Positions 35,603-45,496 of a stretch of DNA of 64,000 nucleotides are shown piece by piece. The position numbers and the translations under genes are program-made. Position 1 is the stretch's first letter, and every line of letters starts with the position of its first letter. The DNA lies in assembly GCA_964593555.1 (NCBI GenBank), contig CAZQIC010000004.1:23689-87688 (forward strand), read 5' to 3'. Under the pieces are notes generated by a model. It saw only the letters and a list, made by a program, of their open reading frames with translations. It ran no database searches and had not been told where the DNA came from. The DNA comes from an uncultured Bacteroidia bacterium. GTDB taxonomy: Bacteria; Bacteroidota; Bacteroidia; JAFLBG01.

Positions 35603-37948
35603 TTATTTTTTAATCGGTACAATTTTAAACTCAACCCTTCTGTTTAATTGTCTTCCTTCAGGATTATCAGTTTTGTCGGGATTTTCATTCGGGGCAATAG
35701 GCTGCGATTCTCCTCTGCCAATTGTTTTGATCCGTGTTGCAAGAATTCCCTTGTCCGTAAAATGTTTTTTAGTCGCAGAGGCACGCTTCTGAGATAGGTT
35801 TACGTTAAATTGTTCGGAGCCTTTTGAATCCGTATGGCCGTAAATTTCCAGCCTGACATCCTTGTTTTCAGAAACGAATTTGTAGATACTGTCCAACTCT
35901 CTAACGGCGTCTTCTCTAACAAGGCTCTTTGCAAAATCAAAAAGTATTGGTTTGAATTGTACTGTTTTTGTTGGTTCATTATTATCATTTGATGCAATAG
36001 GTTGTTGTGAAATGTAGTCAGTGAACGATGTAACTTTGAATAAAGGAGATAAGCTGGTGTAATTTTTTGATTTCATCTTTAACCATTCCGAATAAGCTTG
36101 TTCCTTTGACTTTCCTGCCAAAGAAGGCTCCAATGCAACAAGGCTGTCCATATCAGCTAACACTGTATATATTTTTGCCTTGCGACCAACAACAACACCT
36201 TTTTCCTTGATGTCCTCAAATTGAATCTCCTGATAATAGTTTACTTCTTTTGCAGATTTAGGAATAAATATATCTAACGTATGATCCGGATATCCTTGCG
36301 ACTCAATTGATAAAGCATATTGGTTACCTGAAGGCAATGTATATAGTTTTTGTCCTAAAGAAGAAGAGGTTACATAATTTGTCGGGTCTTCATTATCACC
36401 ACGCTCTGTTATTTTTAACCTAGCAACTTCAGCAACAGAGCCATTGTTTTTTATAACTGCAAAAACTTTCCCATTGGTGGAAACTTTTGAAAGGCTGTCA
36501 ATTTTGTTTATGAGTTGAGTTGTTGCAAGAATTTTAGCTTCTGCGGAATCAACACCTAGATATGTTTGAAGATTTTGTGATGCATTGGGAACGTCAGGTG
36601 GAGACACGAGATATATGTCGAGATCTCCAAAGTTTTCTCCTTGAATAGAAGAGAAGTAGGCATGATCTCCTTTCGCGTTTAAAACAAAAAAGATATCGTC
36701 GGCTGCAGTATTAATTGGGTAGCCAATGTTTATAGGGCTAGACCAGCTGCCATCATCCTGAAGTTTTGTTTGAAATATATCAAAGCCGCCCATGCTTTTG
36801 TGTCCTTCAGAAGAAAAATACAAAGTTTTTCCATCAGGATGAATGAAGGGGCTGTCATCATCAAAACGGGTATTTATTGTTGATCCAAGATTCTCAAGGC
36901 TACTCCAAGAACCATCAGCTTGTTTTTTAGATTTATAAATATCTTTTCCGCCAAATCCTCCGGGTCTTTCACTAACTATATACAGCGTGGTTCCATCTGA
37001 AGATTGGCTCACACTTGGTTCATGATATTTCTTTGAGTTTACAACCTCGGGTAATCTTGCGGGACGCGACCATTTTCCGTCCGTTGTTGCTTCAGATTTC
37101 CAAATATCACTTTTTCTATATAGGTAAAGTGCTTTTCCATCTGTCGTAAGAGAGATCGAAGCATCATGATCACGCGTGTTTATTGAAGTGCTAATTTTTT
37201 CAGCATCAGAAAAAAGTGACTTAAAAAGATGAATTCTTGTATCCCCTGAATCAATCTTTGAAGAGGTTTTCCATTCGGAATTTCCTGCGACTCTTTTGGA
37301 GATGTAAACATCTTCATAGTATTTTCCATCATCATCTATTTTCCCTCCTGTTGTACCTTTTCTTTTTGATGTAAAAACTAAAATTGATTCATCGCCTGAA
37401 ATTGCAGGAGCATAATCCGCACTTTCGGAATTAACATTTTTGCCAAGATTGTTGATCTTGATTTGTAATGGTGTTTTTATATATATAGCAGCTGTGTTAC
37501 ATTGAGAAATATAATTATCAATTTCTTCAATGTCTTTAATAGCACTTTGGCTTTGTCCAACATATTCCTTTAAAATATTCAGCATCTCTATCGCATCCTG
37601 AAATTTATGAGCGATCTGATAAGTTCTGCCCAGATAATAATAGATCTCCGGTAAAGTGTCCTTCATGTTTTTTAAAGCGGCTTCAAAAAAAGGAAGTGCG
37701 TTGAGTTTATCTGATGCATTAGAGGAATAAAAATAACTTACACCAAGTTTGTAGTTGTAGGCAAAATTGTTGGGGCTTAGTAAAACAAGGTCTTTGAAAA
37801 GTGGGATTGATCGGCCATAATCACCTACCATGTAGGAGCGGTTAGCTTTTTTATAAAGTCTTTTTTCCTTACCACTTTCAGCTCTTAAGCCATTGAAGCT
37901 TGATAGAGCAATTGTAATACAACACAGAAAAGTAAAAATCCTCTTCAT
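35603..37948 (-). CDS. TPR + PD40 + OmpA_C protein (array paralog 2, most divergent middle region)
   Basis: The ATG at 37948 (MKRIFTFLCCITIALSS...) is preferred over TTG 37963. The PD40-like repeats include SGDESILVFTSKRKG, TTDGKALYLY, SSDGTTLYIVSERPGGFGGKDIY and HPDGKTLYFSSEGHKSMGGFDIF. The OmpA_C segment is IYGHTDSKGSEQFNVNLSQKRA...NRRVEFKI. It lies only 14 bp from paralog 3. Confidence 0.85.
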   Translation of the reverse strand: MKRIFTFLCCITIALSSFNGLRAESGKEKRLYKKANRSYMVGDYGRSIPLFKDLVLLSPNNFAYNYKLGVSYFYSSNASDKLNALPFFEAALKNMKDTLPEIYYYLGRTYQIAHKFQDAIEMLNILKEYVGQSQSAIKDIEEIDNYISQCNTAAIYIKTPLQIKINNLGKNVNSESADYAPAISGDESILVFTSKRKGTTGGKIDDDGKYYEDVYISKRVAGNSEWKTSSKIDSGDTRIHLFKSLFSDAEKISTSINTRDHDASISLTTDGKALYLYRKSDIWKSEATTDGKWSRPARLPEVVNSKKYHEPSVSQSSDGTTLYIVSERPGGFGGKDIYKSKKQADGSWSSLENLGSTINTRFDDDSPFIHPDGKTLYFSSEGHKSMGGFDIFQTKLQDDGSWSSPINIGYPINTAADDIFFVLNAKGDHAYFSSIQGENFGDLDIYLVSPPDVPNASQNLQTYLGVDSAEAKILATTQLINKIDSLSKVSTNGKVFAVIKNNGSVAEVARLKITERGDNEDPTNYVTSSSLGQKLYTLPSGNQYALSIESQGYPDHTLDIFIPKSAKEVNYYQEIQFEDIKEKGVVVGRKAKIYTVLADMDSLVALEPSLAGKSKEQAYSEWLKMKSKNYTSLSPLFKVTSFTDYISQQPIASNDNNEPTKTVQFKPILFDFAKSLVREDAVRELDSIYKFVSENKDVRLEIYGHTDSKGSEQFNVNLSQKRASATKKHFTDKGILATRIKTIGRGESQPIAPNENPDKTDNPEGRQLNRRVEFKIVPIKK

Positions 37949-38057
37949 TAACGGTAGACGCAATTAACTATGAAAACTATTTATTTTCAAAAATTACCTG
38001 CAAATGTAAGGTTTTTTACTTCCAATACCCAAAATTAAGAGGTTGGAAATGAGGGAA

Positions 38058-39680
38058 TTATTTTGAAGTGGGGATAACAATAGGCTCCAAATCAATGGCT
38101 TTGTTGGTTATTCCATAGCTGGAATCATCGGGAACCTTAATTTTTTTGGAAAGCATCTCCTCGCCATCAATCGTGTAAGAAATTTGGTAATTCTTTCCCG
38201 GAGTAAGGATGTATAAGTATTTCCCGGTACTGGAGTTGGGTGAATAGTCTCCAATTATATCGTTCGACTCCAGATCGGTTATAGTAATCATGGCAAAGTT
38301 TGGGACATTTCCATCTTTGTCTAATAACGTACCCTTATATACGGTAAGCGGAGTTTCCCTTTGATCAGAAAAGGTGATCATATAAATATCCTCATCTCCA
38401 TAACCACCCTTTTTAAAAGAAGAATAATATGCTCTTTTGCTTCCAACGGTGGGCACAAAAAATATGTCATCGTCAGTTGAGTTTACCGGATACCCCATAT
38501 TCATTGACTCGGACCATTTACCTGTATCGGATAGCATAGAACTAAAAAATATATCATATCCTCCCATTCCTTTGTGACCTTTGGAGCTGAAAAAAAGCGT
38601 AAACCCGTCCGGGTGAATGTATGGAGCTTCTTCATCGAAAGGGGTATTCACCTGAGTTCCCAAATTTGTAGGGCGGCCCCATTCACCATTCGGAAGTTTT
38701 TTTGAACGGTAAATGTCTTTTCCTCCCATTCCTCCTGGCATATTACTTGTAAAATAAAGTAGAGTTCCATCTGCAGAAATACTTGCGGCCGATTCGTTAG
38801 ATGTGGAGTTAATATAATCGTTCATTTTTTTTGGGGCAGACCACGTGCTTCCCTCGAGTGTGCTGGTGTATAGATTAGCATCACCACTATCATCTCTTTT
38901 AACCAATAATTTTTGACCATCTATTGATAAGGCTACTGTTGCTTCATTGCCTTCTGTATTTATTGTAGGTCCAATACCAAGAGGTGTGGTCCATCCTTCA
39001 TTCGCCTTATAAGAAACATAAATATCTTCATAAAAGTTTCCATCCTTATCCTGTTTGTTACCGGTTGATCCTTTTCTTTTTGAAGTGTAGATCAAAGTCG
39101 ATTCATCAGCATTAAAAACCGGTGAGTAATCAGGATACTTAGTGTTTATAGATGGGCCAAGATTATCAATTTTTATTTGGATAGGAACAGAAGAAAGTTC
39201 TTTGCCATTTTTACAAATATCAATTTGTCTTTTTACTTCAGTTATTTTACTGGCGTCTATTGCAGAAGCGGTGATCAATAATTTCTGGTATGTTGATATG
39301 GCTTCATCAAATTGGTAGTTGAGGTGATATGCCTTTGCTAAATATTCATATACATTCATTGGCGCATATTTATCCTTCATGGCACCGGTGTATTTTGTTG
39401 AAGCTTTTGCAGCAGCGAGTTCAAGGTATTTGATCGATTTTTCTTTTGCAATTGGTGAGTTAAGGTAACAGATCCCGATTTTGTATTTTATGGCGATCGA
39501 CTCCTTTAAAACGGAATCAATTGAAAGGTATAAAGGCAGCGCTTGTTCGAAATTTTCAGCAACATAAAAAGCTTCTGCAACAGTATATTTTTTTTCCAAG
39601 TTTGCACCGCCGGCAATTTTTGAGCCGGGCGCACAAAAAGAAAGTAAAAAAGCAAATGAAAATAAAAGAAGCGACTTCAT
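38058..39680 (-). CDS. TPR + PD40 + CarboxypepD_reg-like protein, no OmpA domain (array paralog 1)
   Basis: 540 aa with a lipoprotein-like signal (LLSFCAPGS). It has the same TPR and PD40 layout and ends after one CarboxypepD_reg-like domain (VYKGTLLDKDGNVPNFAMITITDLESNDIIGDYSPNSSTGKYLYILTPGKNYQISY). It starts 6 bp after the E2 gene stop. Confidence 0.85.
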   Translation of the reverse strand: MKSLLLFSFAFLLSFCAPGSKIAGGANLEKKYTVAEAFYVAENFEQALPLYLSIDSVLKESIAIKYKIGICYLNSPIAKEKSIKYLELAAAKASTKYTGAMKDKYAPMNVYEYLAKAYHLNYQFDEAISTYQKLLITASAIDASKITEVKRQIDICKNGKELSSVPIQIKIDNLGPSINTKYPDYSPVFNADESTLIYTSKRKGSTGNKQDKDGNFYEDIYVSYKANEGWTTPLGIGPTINTEGNEATVALSIDGQKLLVKRDDSGDANLYTSTLEGSTWSAPKKMNDYINSTSNESAASISADGTLLYFTSNMPGGMGGKDIYRSKKLPNGEWGRPTNLGTQVNTPFDEEAPYIHPDGFTLFFSSKGHKGMGGYDIFFSSMLSDTGKWSESMNMGYPVNSTDDDIFFVPTVGSKRAYYSSFKKGGYGDEDIYMITFSDQRETPLTVYKGTLLDKDGNVPNFAMITITDLESNDIIGDYSPNSSTGKYLYILTPGKNYQISYTIDGEEMLSKKIKVPDDSSYGITNKAIDLEPIVIPTSK

Positions 39681-39686
39681 GCTGAT

Positions 39687-41012
39687 TTAAATAGTTCTAT
39701 TAGTGTCAAATTGTTCGAGATAATCTCCTACACGTCTTAAAAAGCTTCCTCCAAGAGCTCCATCTACAACTCTGTGGTCATAAGATAGAGACAAATACAT
39801 CATGTGTCTTATGCCAATTGTATCACCCTGTGGTGTTTCAATTACTGCAGGCTTTTTACGAATTGCACCAACAGCCATAATCGCCACCTGGGGTTGATTA
39901 ATAATCGGAGTTCCCATTACATTCCCGAATGTACCGACATTCGTAATTGTAAAAGTTCCTCCCTGAATTTCATCGGGAACCAGTTTATTGTTGCGCGCCC
40001 TTGAAGCCAAATCGTTAACAGCTTTTGTAAGTCCCAATAAATTTTTGTGGTCTGCATCTTTAATTACCGGCACAATAAGATTGCCACTTGGTAATGCGGT
40101 TGCCATTCCAATATTTATATGTCTGCGTTTAATGATCTTTGTTCCATCAACGGAAACATTTACCATTGGGAAATCTTTCAATGCTCTTACAATTGCTTCA
40201 ATGAATATTGGGGTAAAAGTGATTTTCTCTTTTTCGTTTTTTTCAAAGTGACTCTTTACTTTGTTTCTCCACTCAACAATACTTGTTACATCAGCCTCAA
40301 CATATGAAGTAACATGTGGTGATACGTGCTTCGACATTACCATGTGATCGGCAATGAGTTTACGCATACGATCCATTTCAATTATTTCATCATCACCACC
40401 AACGGAGATTGAAGGTTTGGCAATTGATGTTCCATTGCTGGTTGCAGTAGCTGTGTTATGATGAACAACCTGCTCTGTAACAGGAGCGCTTACTTGTTTT
40501 CCGCGATTTGGAACATAGGCAAGAATATCATTTTTAGTAACTCGTCCGTCTTTACCAGTACCTGTTATTGTATCTAATTCGTTTAAAAGAATTCCCTCCT
40601 GCTTTGCTATGTTCTTTACAAGAGGAGAATAAAACTTATTCGATGATGAATAGTTTTCTGCTTTTGCAACCGGTGGAGCAACTGCTGTTTGGGTTTTAAT
40701 AGCCGAGCCTGAAGCAAGGGGTGCAGCGGTTTCTTTCACTGGTGTTTTTGTAATAACAGAAGCATCACCACCACCTGTAGAAATAATTGCGATTGGAGAT
40801 CCTACTTTTATTACATCGCCTTCTTTGAATAATTGTTTAACAAGCACACCTTCGCTGGGAGACGGCACTTCAGAGTCAACCTTATCTGTAGCAATTTCTA
40901 ACACAGCCTCATCAGCCTCGATCTTATCGCCTTCTTTTTTGAGCCATTTAATAATAGTTGCTTCGGCAACACTTTCGCCCATTTTGGGCATTATCATCTC
41001 AACTTGTGCCAT
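39687..41012 (-). CDS. Dihydrolipoamide acyltransferase (E2 component of a 2-oxoacid dehydrogenase complex)
   Basis: 441 aa. The lipoyl domain is MPKMGESVAEATIIKWLKKEGDKIEADEAVLEIATDKVDSEVPSP. A Pro/Ala linker and a peripheral subunit-binding domain (SPLVKNIAKQEGILLNELDTITGTGKDGRVTKNDI) follow. The catalytic domain ends LSLSYDHRVVDGALGGSFL. Confidence 0.9.
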   Translation of the reverse strand: MAQVEMIMPKMGESVAEATIIKWLKKEGDKIEADEAVLEIATDKVDSEVPSPSEGVLVKQLFKEGDVIKVGSPIAIISTGGGDASVITKTPVKETAAPLASGSAIKTQTAVAPPVAKAENYSSSNKFYSPLVKNIAKQEGILLNELDTITGTGKDGRVTKNDILAYVPNRGKQVSAPVTEQVVHHNTATATSNGTSIAKPSISVGGDDEIIEMDRMRKLIADHMVMSKHVSPHVTSYVEADVTSIVEWRNKVKSHFEKNEKEKITFTPIFIEAIVRALKDFPMVNVSVDGTKIIKRRHINIGMATALPSGNLIVPVIKDADHKNLLGLTKAVNDLASRARNNKLVPDEIQGGTFTITNVGTFGNVMGTPIINQPQVAIMAVGAIRKKPAVIETPQGDTIGIRHMMYLSLSYDHRVVDGALGGSFLRRVGDYLEQFDTNRTI

Positions 41013-41114
41013 ACTTTAATCTAAATAACCGATGTTTCTCAACTCCTGCAAAAATAACTAAGTTTATGGAATTAAACCCTTTTTTGCATCCATATAAATG
41101 TAGAAATTTATTAT

Positions 41115-41594
41115 ATGATACGAACATTTTTTATGATTATGTTTTTAGGTTTATATGGGTTCTTATCCGCACAGGATCCAGTGTTAAATGATCAGTTACT
41201 GTGCGATGGCTGGATCTTAAAAAAAGGCTGGTTTGATAAGCCCGTGATTGAGCTGGAACGCCTGGATACAAATAAGCATAAATCTTTTGGAACAAAATTT
41301 AGTTTTGAACTTGCAAATGTTGTAGGAGCCTATAATGTTTTTGAGCGTAGGTTCTCTATTAATATTTATAATCCGGACAGGTTGGGTATGTGCGGAAACG
41401 GGATGTTGTATGTCGATAAAGGAGAATGGACATTAAAAGATAAGCAGCTCACACTTGATTTAAAAGGAGGGTATAGACTTGAGGGTGAGTTTCATTACAT
41501 CATCAGATATGACGTGAAGATGATTGATAAGGACAAAATGGTTCTTACGCAAAATAAAATCATTAAAAATCACAAAAAGACTCACAACTATTAA
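41115..41594 (+). CDS. Hypothetical secreted protein (tandem paralog A)
   Basis: 159 aa with the signal FLGLYGFLSAQ. It shares C.GWILKKGWFDK.VIELERLD..KHK..G..F.FE...GVYNVF and KGGYR....FHYI..Y.V with the next ORF. Confidence 0.6.
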   Translation: MIRTFFMIMFLGLYGFLSAQDPVLNDQLLCDGWILKKGWFDKPVIELERLDTNKHKSFGTKFSFELANVVGAYNVFERRFSINIYNPDRLGMCGNGMLYVDKGEWTLKDKQLTLDLKGGYRLEGEFHYIIRYDVKMIDKDKMVLTQNKIIKNHKKTHNY

Positions 41595-41611
41595 TTTCGT
41601 CATCTCATCAC

Positions 41612-42082
41612 ATGAAATACCTATATATATTAATAGTTGTTTTGTATTTTGAAGATAATTGTATTGCACAAACATTATCAATTGACGAAAGGAAAATATG
41701 CGGCAGATGGATATTAAAAAAAGGTTGGTTCGATAAAGATGTTATTGAGCTCGAACGTTTAGATTCTGTTAAGCACAAAGATGTAGGATCTGAATTTTGT
41801 TTTGAGATCAAAAATCCTACAGGTGTATATAATGTCTTTAGACATAATCTATCTGTTGATTTTTATAATCCTCAAAAATTAGAAGCATGTGAACAAGGGT
41901 TACCATATACAGAACATGGTGAATGGAACCTTATTGGAAGTAAACTCAAAATAGATATAAAAGGTGGATATAGGTTTAATGTTGTATTCCATTATATTTT
42001 GGAATATGAGGTTGTATTTGTCTCAGAAAATTTAATGACACTTAAAAAAAATAAAGTAATAAAGAGTTACCAAACGAAATAG
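41612..42082 (+). CDS. Hypothetical secreted protein (tandem paralog B)
   Basis: 156 aa. It is colinear with 41115..41594 at roughly 45-50% identity by eye. The signal is LIVVLYFEDNCIAQ. Confidence 0.6.
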   Translation: MKYLYILIVVLYFEDNCIAQTLSIDERKICGRWILKKGWFDKDVIELERLDSVKHKDVGSEFCFEIKNPTGVYNVFRHNLSVDFYNPQKLEACEQGLPYTEHGEWNLIGSKLKIDIKGGYRFNVVFHYILEYEVVFVSENLMTLKKNKVIKSYQTK

Positions 42083-42093
42083 GATTGGTTACA

Positions 42094-44061
42094 TTACCGG
42101 CCCAATTCCCTGAAGTTATTTGTGATTAATTTAATATCTGATATTGTATTGTAGTCTTTGGCGTATAAAAAATTCAAACGCTCAATAGTTTCTTGGTCTT
42201 GCTCTTTTAGTTTGTCAGTAGGTGTAATGATTCCCGGTTTTATACGAACTAACTTATCTTCTGTATTGCTTGTTTTTGTATATCCAACCCAGGAGTTTTT
42301 TCCAAAGAGAACGTTGAAAATATTTTTCAGCAGACCAATAGGCTTTTTTATTGCAAAAATTAAGATGGGAAAAAATATCAGCAGCAGCACACTGGTAATC
42401 ATATCCAGTAGCCTTTTGTTTCTTTTATTAGATGGCTTGGCAATAGAATTGATGTCAATTGTATAAAGATCACCGGATGTGTTGATTGAATTGCTACCAA
42501 TTACCGATAGACTTTCCGGTGGAGCAATTTTAAATTCAATGGCAGCACTACCGAGTTCGGCCATTTGGTGAATTATTTTTTGTGCAGTTAAATCTTTAGC
42601 GCAAAAAATAACTTCATCGATATTATAAATGCCAATCACTTCTTTTAATTGATCAATATTTCCAATGAATTTTTTTTTGTCCGGATTATCATCAGTAGAA
42701 ACATAACCAACAAAAGCACTTTGCAAAGAAGTTTGATTAAGGAGATTGTGTACTCTTTTACATTCTTCCTCATTTCCAACAACAGCGAGTCTTTTATTCA
42801 TTCCCCCATCAAGCGCAAATGATTTGATTTTTAATAAATGAAGAAGCATCCTGGTAAAGAGGATGCTTGTTAGTACCCATGTCGCGCCTAATAATATAAG
42901 CGCTCTCGAAAAACGAAAATTTTCAGGCAATAAGGCATAGATGATAAGAATGATTCCTGTGCCAATTACAGTTCCGCGAATGATCCTGGTAAGTTTTACT
43001 GGTTTGTCATACCCTCCGCTAAAAAAAATGGTAATGAGCCAGATGAAAATATATGAGGGAACAACATACCGGATAAACTCAATCGGATAAGTACCCCCTT
43101 CAGTAAATTTTATATTTTGCTCGTAATAGTTTTTAATAAAAAATATTCCCGTGAAAATAAGTGCCGCGTCAAAAGCGGGGAGAGCAAGTTGCTTGATGAG
43201 CCTGCTTATTAATGAAATTCCTGCGCGAAAATAAATTGCAATATTGATGAGGAATGAAAAAAGCTGAGCATTGTTTTGTGAAAAATGTTTTTTTGCAAAG
43301 ATGATCATGGCATTGTAAAACACAAATACATAATTTACGCTGCTCTTTTTCGTGCTTTCACCCTTATAATGGATAATTCGTGTTTCCGGAAAATAATAAT
43401 TTTTATAACCGCCTAATGTGATACGGTAAGAGAGGTCAATGTCCTCGCCGTACATAAAAAAACTTTCGTCAAGCAAACCAATTTTATCGAGCGTTGTTTT
43501 CCTCAACAACATAAATGCGCCGGCAAGCACATCAACTTCGTTTATTTTGTCGTTGTCAAGAAACCCTAAATGATATTTTCCAAACGTTTTTGATTTGGGA
43601 AATAATTTTGATAGTCCGAATATTTTATAAAACGCAACGGAGGGCGTAGGTAGGCCTCGCTTTGATTCCGGTAAAAAATTTCCTTTTCCATCAAGCATCT
43701 TAACGCCTAATCCGCCTGCGTCAGGATGAGTGTCCATAAAATGAACAATTTTTTCGAATGTATCTTCTTCAACAACGGTGTCAGGGTTAAGTAATAGAAC
43801 ATATTCTCCCTTGCTTTGTTTTATTGCCTGGTTATTGGCGTAGGAAAATCCGTGATTGTTTTTGTTTGCGATAAGATGAACTTCGGAAAATTTTTCTTTC
43901 ACCATTCCCACTGAGCCGTCCACAGAATTATTGTCGACAACAAAAATTTCGCCGGCTATATTTTTAAGCGCCTTTTTTACGGAATGTAAACATTGCTCGA
44001 GAAAATGTTCAACATTGTAGTTGACTATGATTACTGATATTTTGATGTGCGGATGTACCAA
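42094..44061 (-). CDS. Family 2 glycosyltransferase fused to a multi-pass membrane region resembling a catalytically truncated polyprenyl-phosphate glycosyl-transferase scaffold
   Basis: 655 aa. The GT2 N-terminus is ISVIIVNYNVEHFLEQCLHSV...VVDNNSVDGS...LLLNPDT. About 5 TM helices come next, then a Rossmann-like segment (KRLAVVGNEEECKRV...IDEVIFCAKDL). The tail is KRLLDMITSVLLLIFFPILIFAI...NVLFGKNSWVGY. The start codon is TTG. Confidence 0.6.
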   Translation of the reverse strand: MVHPHIKISVIIVNYNVEHFLEQCLHSVKKALKNIAGEIFVVDNNSVDGSVGMVKEKFSEVHLIANKNNHGFSYANNQAIKQSKGEYVLLLNPDTVVEEDTFEKIVHFMDTHPDAGGLGVKMLDGKGNFLPESKRGLPTPSVAFYKIFGLSKLFPKSKTFGKYHLGFLDNDKINEVDVLAGAFMLLRKTTLDKIGLLDESFFMYGEDIDLSYRITLGGYKNYYFPETRIIHYKGESTKKSSVNYVFVFYNAMIIFAKKHFSQNNAQLFSFLINIAIYFRAGISLISRLIKQLALPAFDAALIFTGIFFIKNYYEQNIKFTEGGTYPIEFIRYVVPSYIFIWLITIFFSGGYDKPVKLTRIIRGTVIGTGIILIIYALLPENFRFSRALILLGATWVLTSILFTRMLLHLLKIKSFALDGGMNKRLAVVGNEEECKRVHNLLNQTSLQSAFVGYVSTDDNPDKKKFIGNIDQLKEVIGIYNIDEVIFCAKDLTAQKIIHQMAELGSAAIEFKIAPPESLSVIGSNSINTSGDLYTIDINSIAKPSNKRNKRLLDMITSVLLLIFFPILIFAIKKPIGLLKNIFNVLFGKNSWVGYTKTSNTEDKLVRIKPGIITPTDKLKEQDQETIERLNFLYAKDYNTISDIKLITNNFRELGR

Positions 44062-44075
44062 TGCTGATATGGAGA

Positions 44076-44696
44076 TTAGCGAATGGTTAGGTTATTTTCA
44101 TAAGGTGTACGATTTATGATCGAGCGTCCTAACGTTACTTCATCTGTATACTCCAATTCATCGCCCATAGCAACTCCGCGAGCTATAGTGCTGATAGTAA
44201 TATTGAATTCTTTTAATCTTTTATAAATATAAAAGTTGGTGGTTTCTCCTTCCATTGTAGTACTCAATGCCATGATCACTTCATTGATAACGCCCGTTCT
44301 TGCCTTGTCTACAAGTGATTCTATTTTCAGATCACCCGGACCTATACCATCCATCGGTGAAATAATCCCCCCTAAAACGTGGTAAACTCCTTTATATTGT
44401 TGGGTATTTTCAACGGCCATTACATCACGAATATCTTCAACAACACAAACAAGACTCAGTTCACGTTTAGGATTGGCACATATGTCACATATTTCGTTAT
44501 CAGAAATATTGTGGCATTGTTTACAGTATTTTAATTCGTTTTTAAGTTTTACCAAAGATGAGCCAAACCGTTCAACATCACTTTGCGACTGTCTCATTAA
44601 ATGAAGCGCATAACGAAGCGCAGTTTTTTTGCCTACGCCGGGTAGTTTGGAGAATTCGTTAACAGCATTTTCTATGAGTTTGGAAGAGAAATTCAT
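44076..44696 (-). CDS. recR: Recombination protein RecR
   Basis: The HhH motif is [16 protein letters not shown] and the C4 zinc finger is [16 protein letters not shown]. The Toprim region is [14 protein letters not shown]...GVYHVLGG and the C-terminus is GDELEYTD. The ATG at 44696 (MNFSSKLIE) is preferred over TTG 44705. Confidence 0.95.
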   Translation of the reverse strand: MNFSSKLIENAVNEFSKLPGVGKKTALRYALHLMRQSQSDVERFGSSLVKLKNELKYCKQCHNISDNEICDICANPKRELSLVCVVEDIRDVMAVENTQQYKGVYHVLGGIISPMDGIGPGDLKIESLVDKARTGVINEVIMALSTTMEGETTNFYIYKRLKEFNITISTIARGVAMGDELEYTDEVTLGRSIINRTPYENNLTIR

Positions 44697-44751
44697 TCTA
44701 CTCAAAAATACGAAATAAAATGGGATGATTTGAGGGGGTAGAAAGAGATTA

Positions 44752-45492
44752 TTATTTTTTTACTTTTCCTGTGCGGTCTTGCTGCTCTTTTTTAAGTTTA
44801 ACTATTACGTTATCTATATAATAATATGCATAGTCTCTTGGGTCCATAATGTCTTTTGACGGATGGACTTTTTTGAATTTTATCTTTTTACCCGTTTCAA
44901 AACAGCCAATTGTAAAATAATTCTCGCCCCCTTTTGCTGTAAAATTTTCAAGAATTGTTACCCATTGGGACGTATCAGATATGTTTACATGTGTAGTAAC
45001 CTGTGGTTTTAATTTTAATAGTTGAACAGTTTTTTCTTTTATTTCTTTTTCGGAAAAATAGACTTCTAAGTGTTGCAAAGAGATCTTGGAGCATTCAGCT
45101 AATGACACACTGAATTCAATAGTACATTTTTGTTTTGCTTTTAGTGGTTCCGAAAAATGGCCTTGTAAATATTCACCACCGGCTTCTTCCTGGTTTTGTT
45201 TCCTGAAATCATATGCGATAATTCCTGTGTAAGTGTTTCCTGATAGAGGTAATTGGTATCCCCAATAATTTTTAGAAGCAAATGGAATTTTATATTCGGC
45301 GCAGTTGTTATTGAAATAATCCGGTGAACTCATTGTAGGGTTGTTCCAATCGGTACAATTCTCTAAACCTGAAATATACCATGGGGCGCAATTAGAAAAT
45401 TCAAAATCAGGATTTAGAACAATATTCTGCGCTCTTCCGGGAAAACAGAAAGCGCAAAGAAATATAAATGTTGTTGTAATAATTTTACTCAT
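44752..45492 (-). CDS. Hypothetical secreted protein (N-terminal NxVxNPxFE...CP...W...SPDYFN module)
   Basis: 246 aa with a signal ending ...CFPGRAQ. The [40 protein letters not shown] pattern recurs at the N-termini of many Bacteroidota envelope proteins. Function is unknown. Confidence 0.55.
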   Translation of the reverse strand: MSKIITTTFIFLCAFCFPGRAQNIVLNPDFEFSNCAPWYISGLENCTDWNNPTMSSPDYFNNNCAEYKIPFASKNYWGYQLPLSGNTYTGIIAYDFRKQNQEEAGGEYLQGHFSEPLKAKQKCTIEFSVSLAECSKISLQHLEVYFSEKEIKEKTVQLLKLKPQVTTHVNISDTSQWVTILENFTAKGGENYFTIGCFETGKKIKFKKVHPSKDIMDPRDYAYYYIDNVIVKLKKEQQDRTGKVKK

Positions 45493-45496
45493 AAAT

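Noticed and set aside
39687-41012. E2 acyltransferase as part of a complete 2-oxoacid dehydrogenase operon
   Set aside because: No E1 alpha/beta or E3 genes occur in the window. The gene is followed directly by the TPR-PD40 array, so the substrate class (pyruvate, 2-oxoglutarate or branched-chain) is left unassigned.
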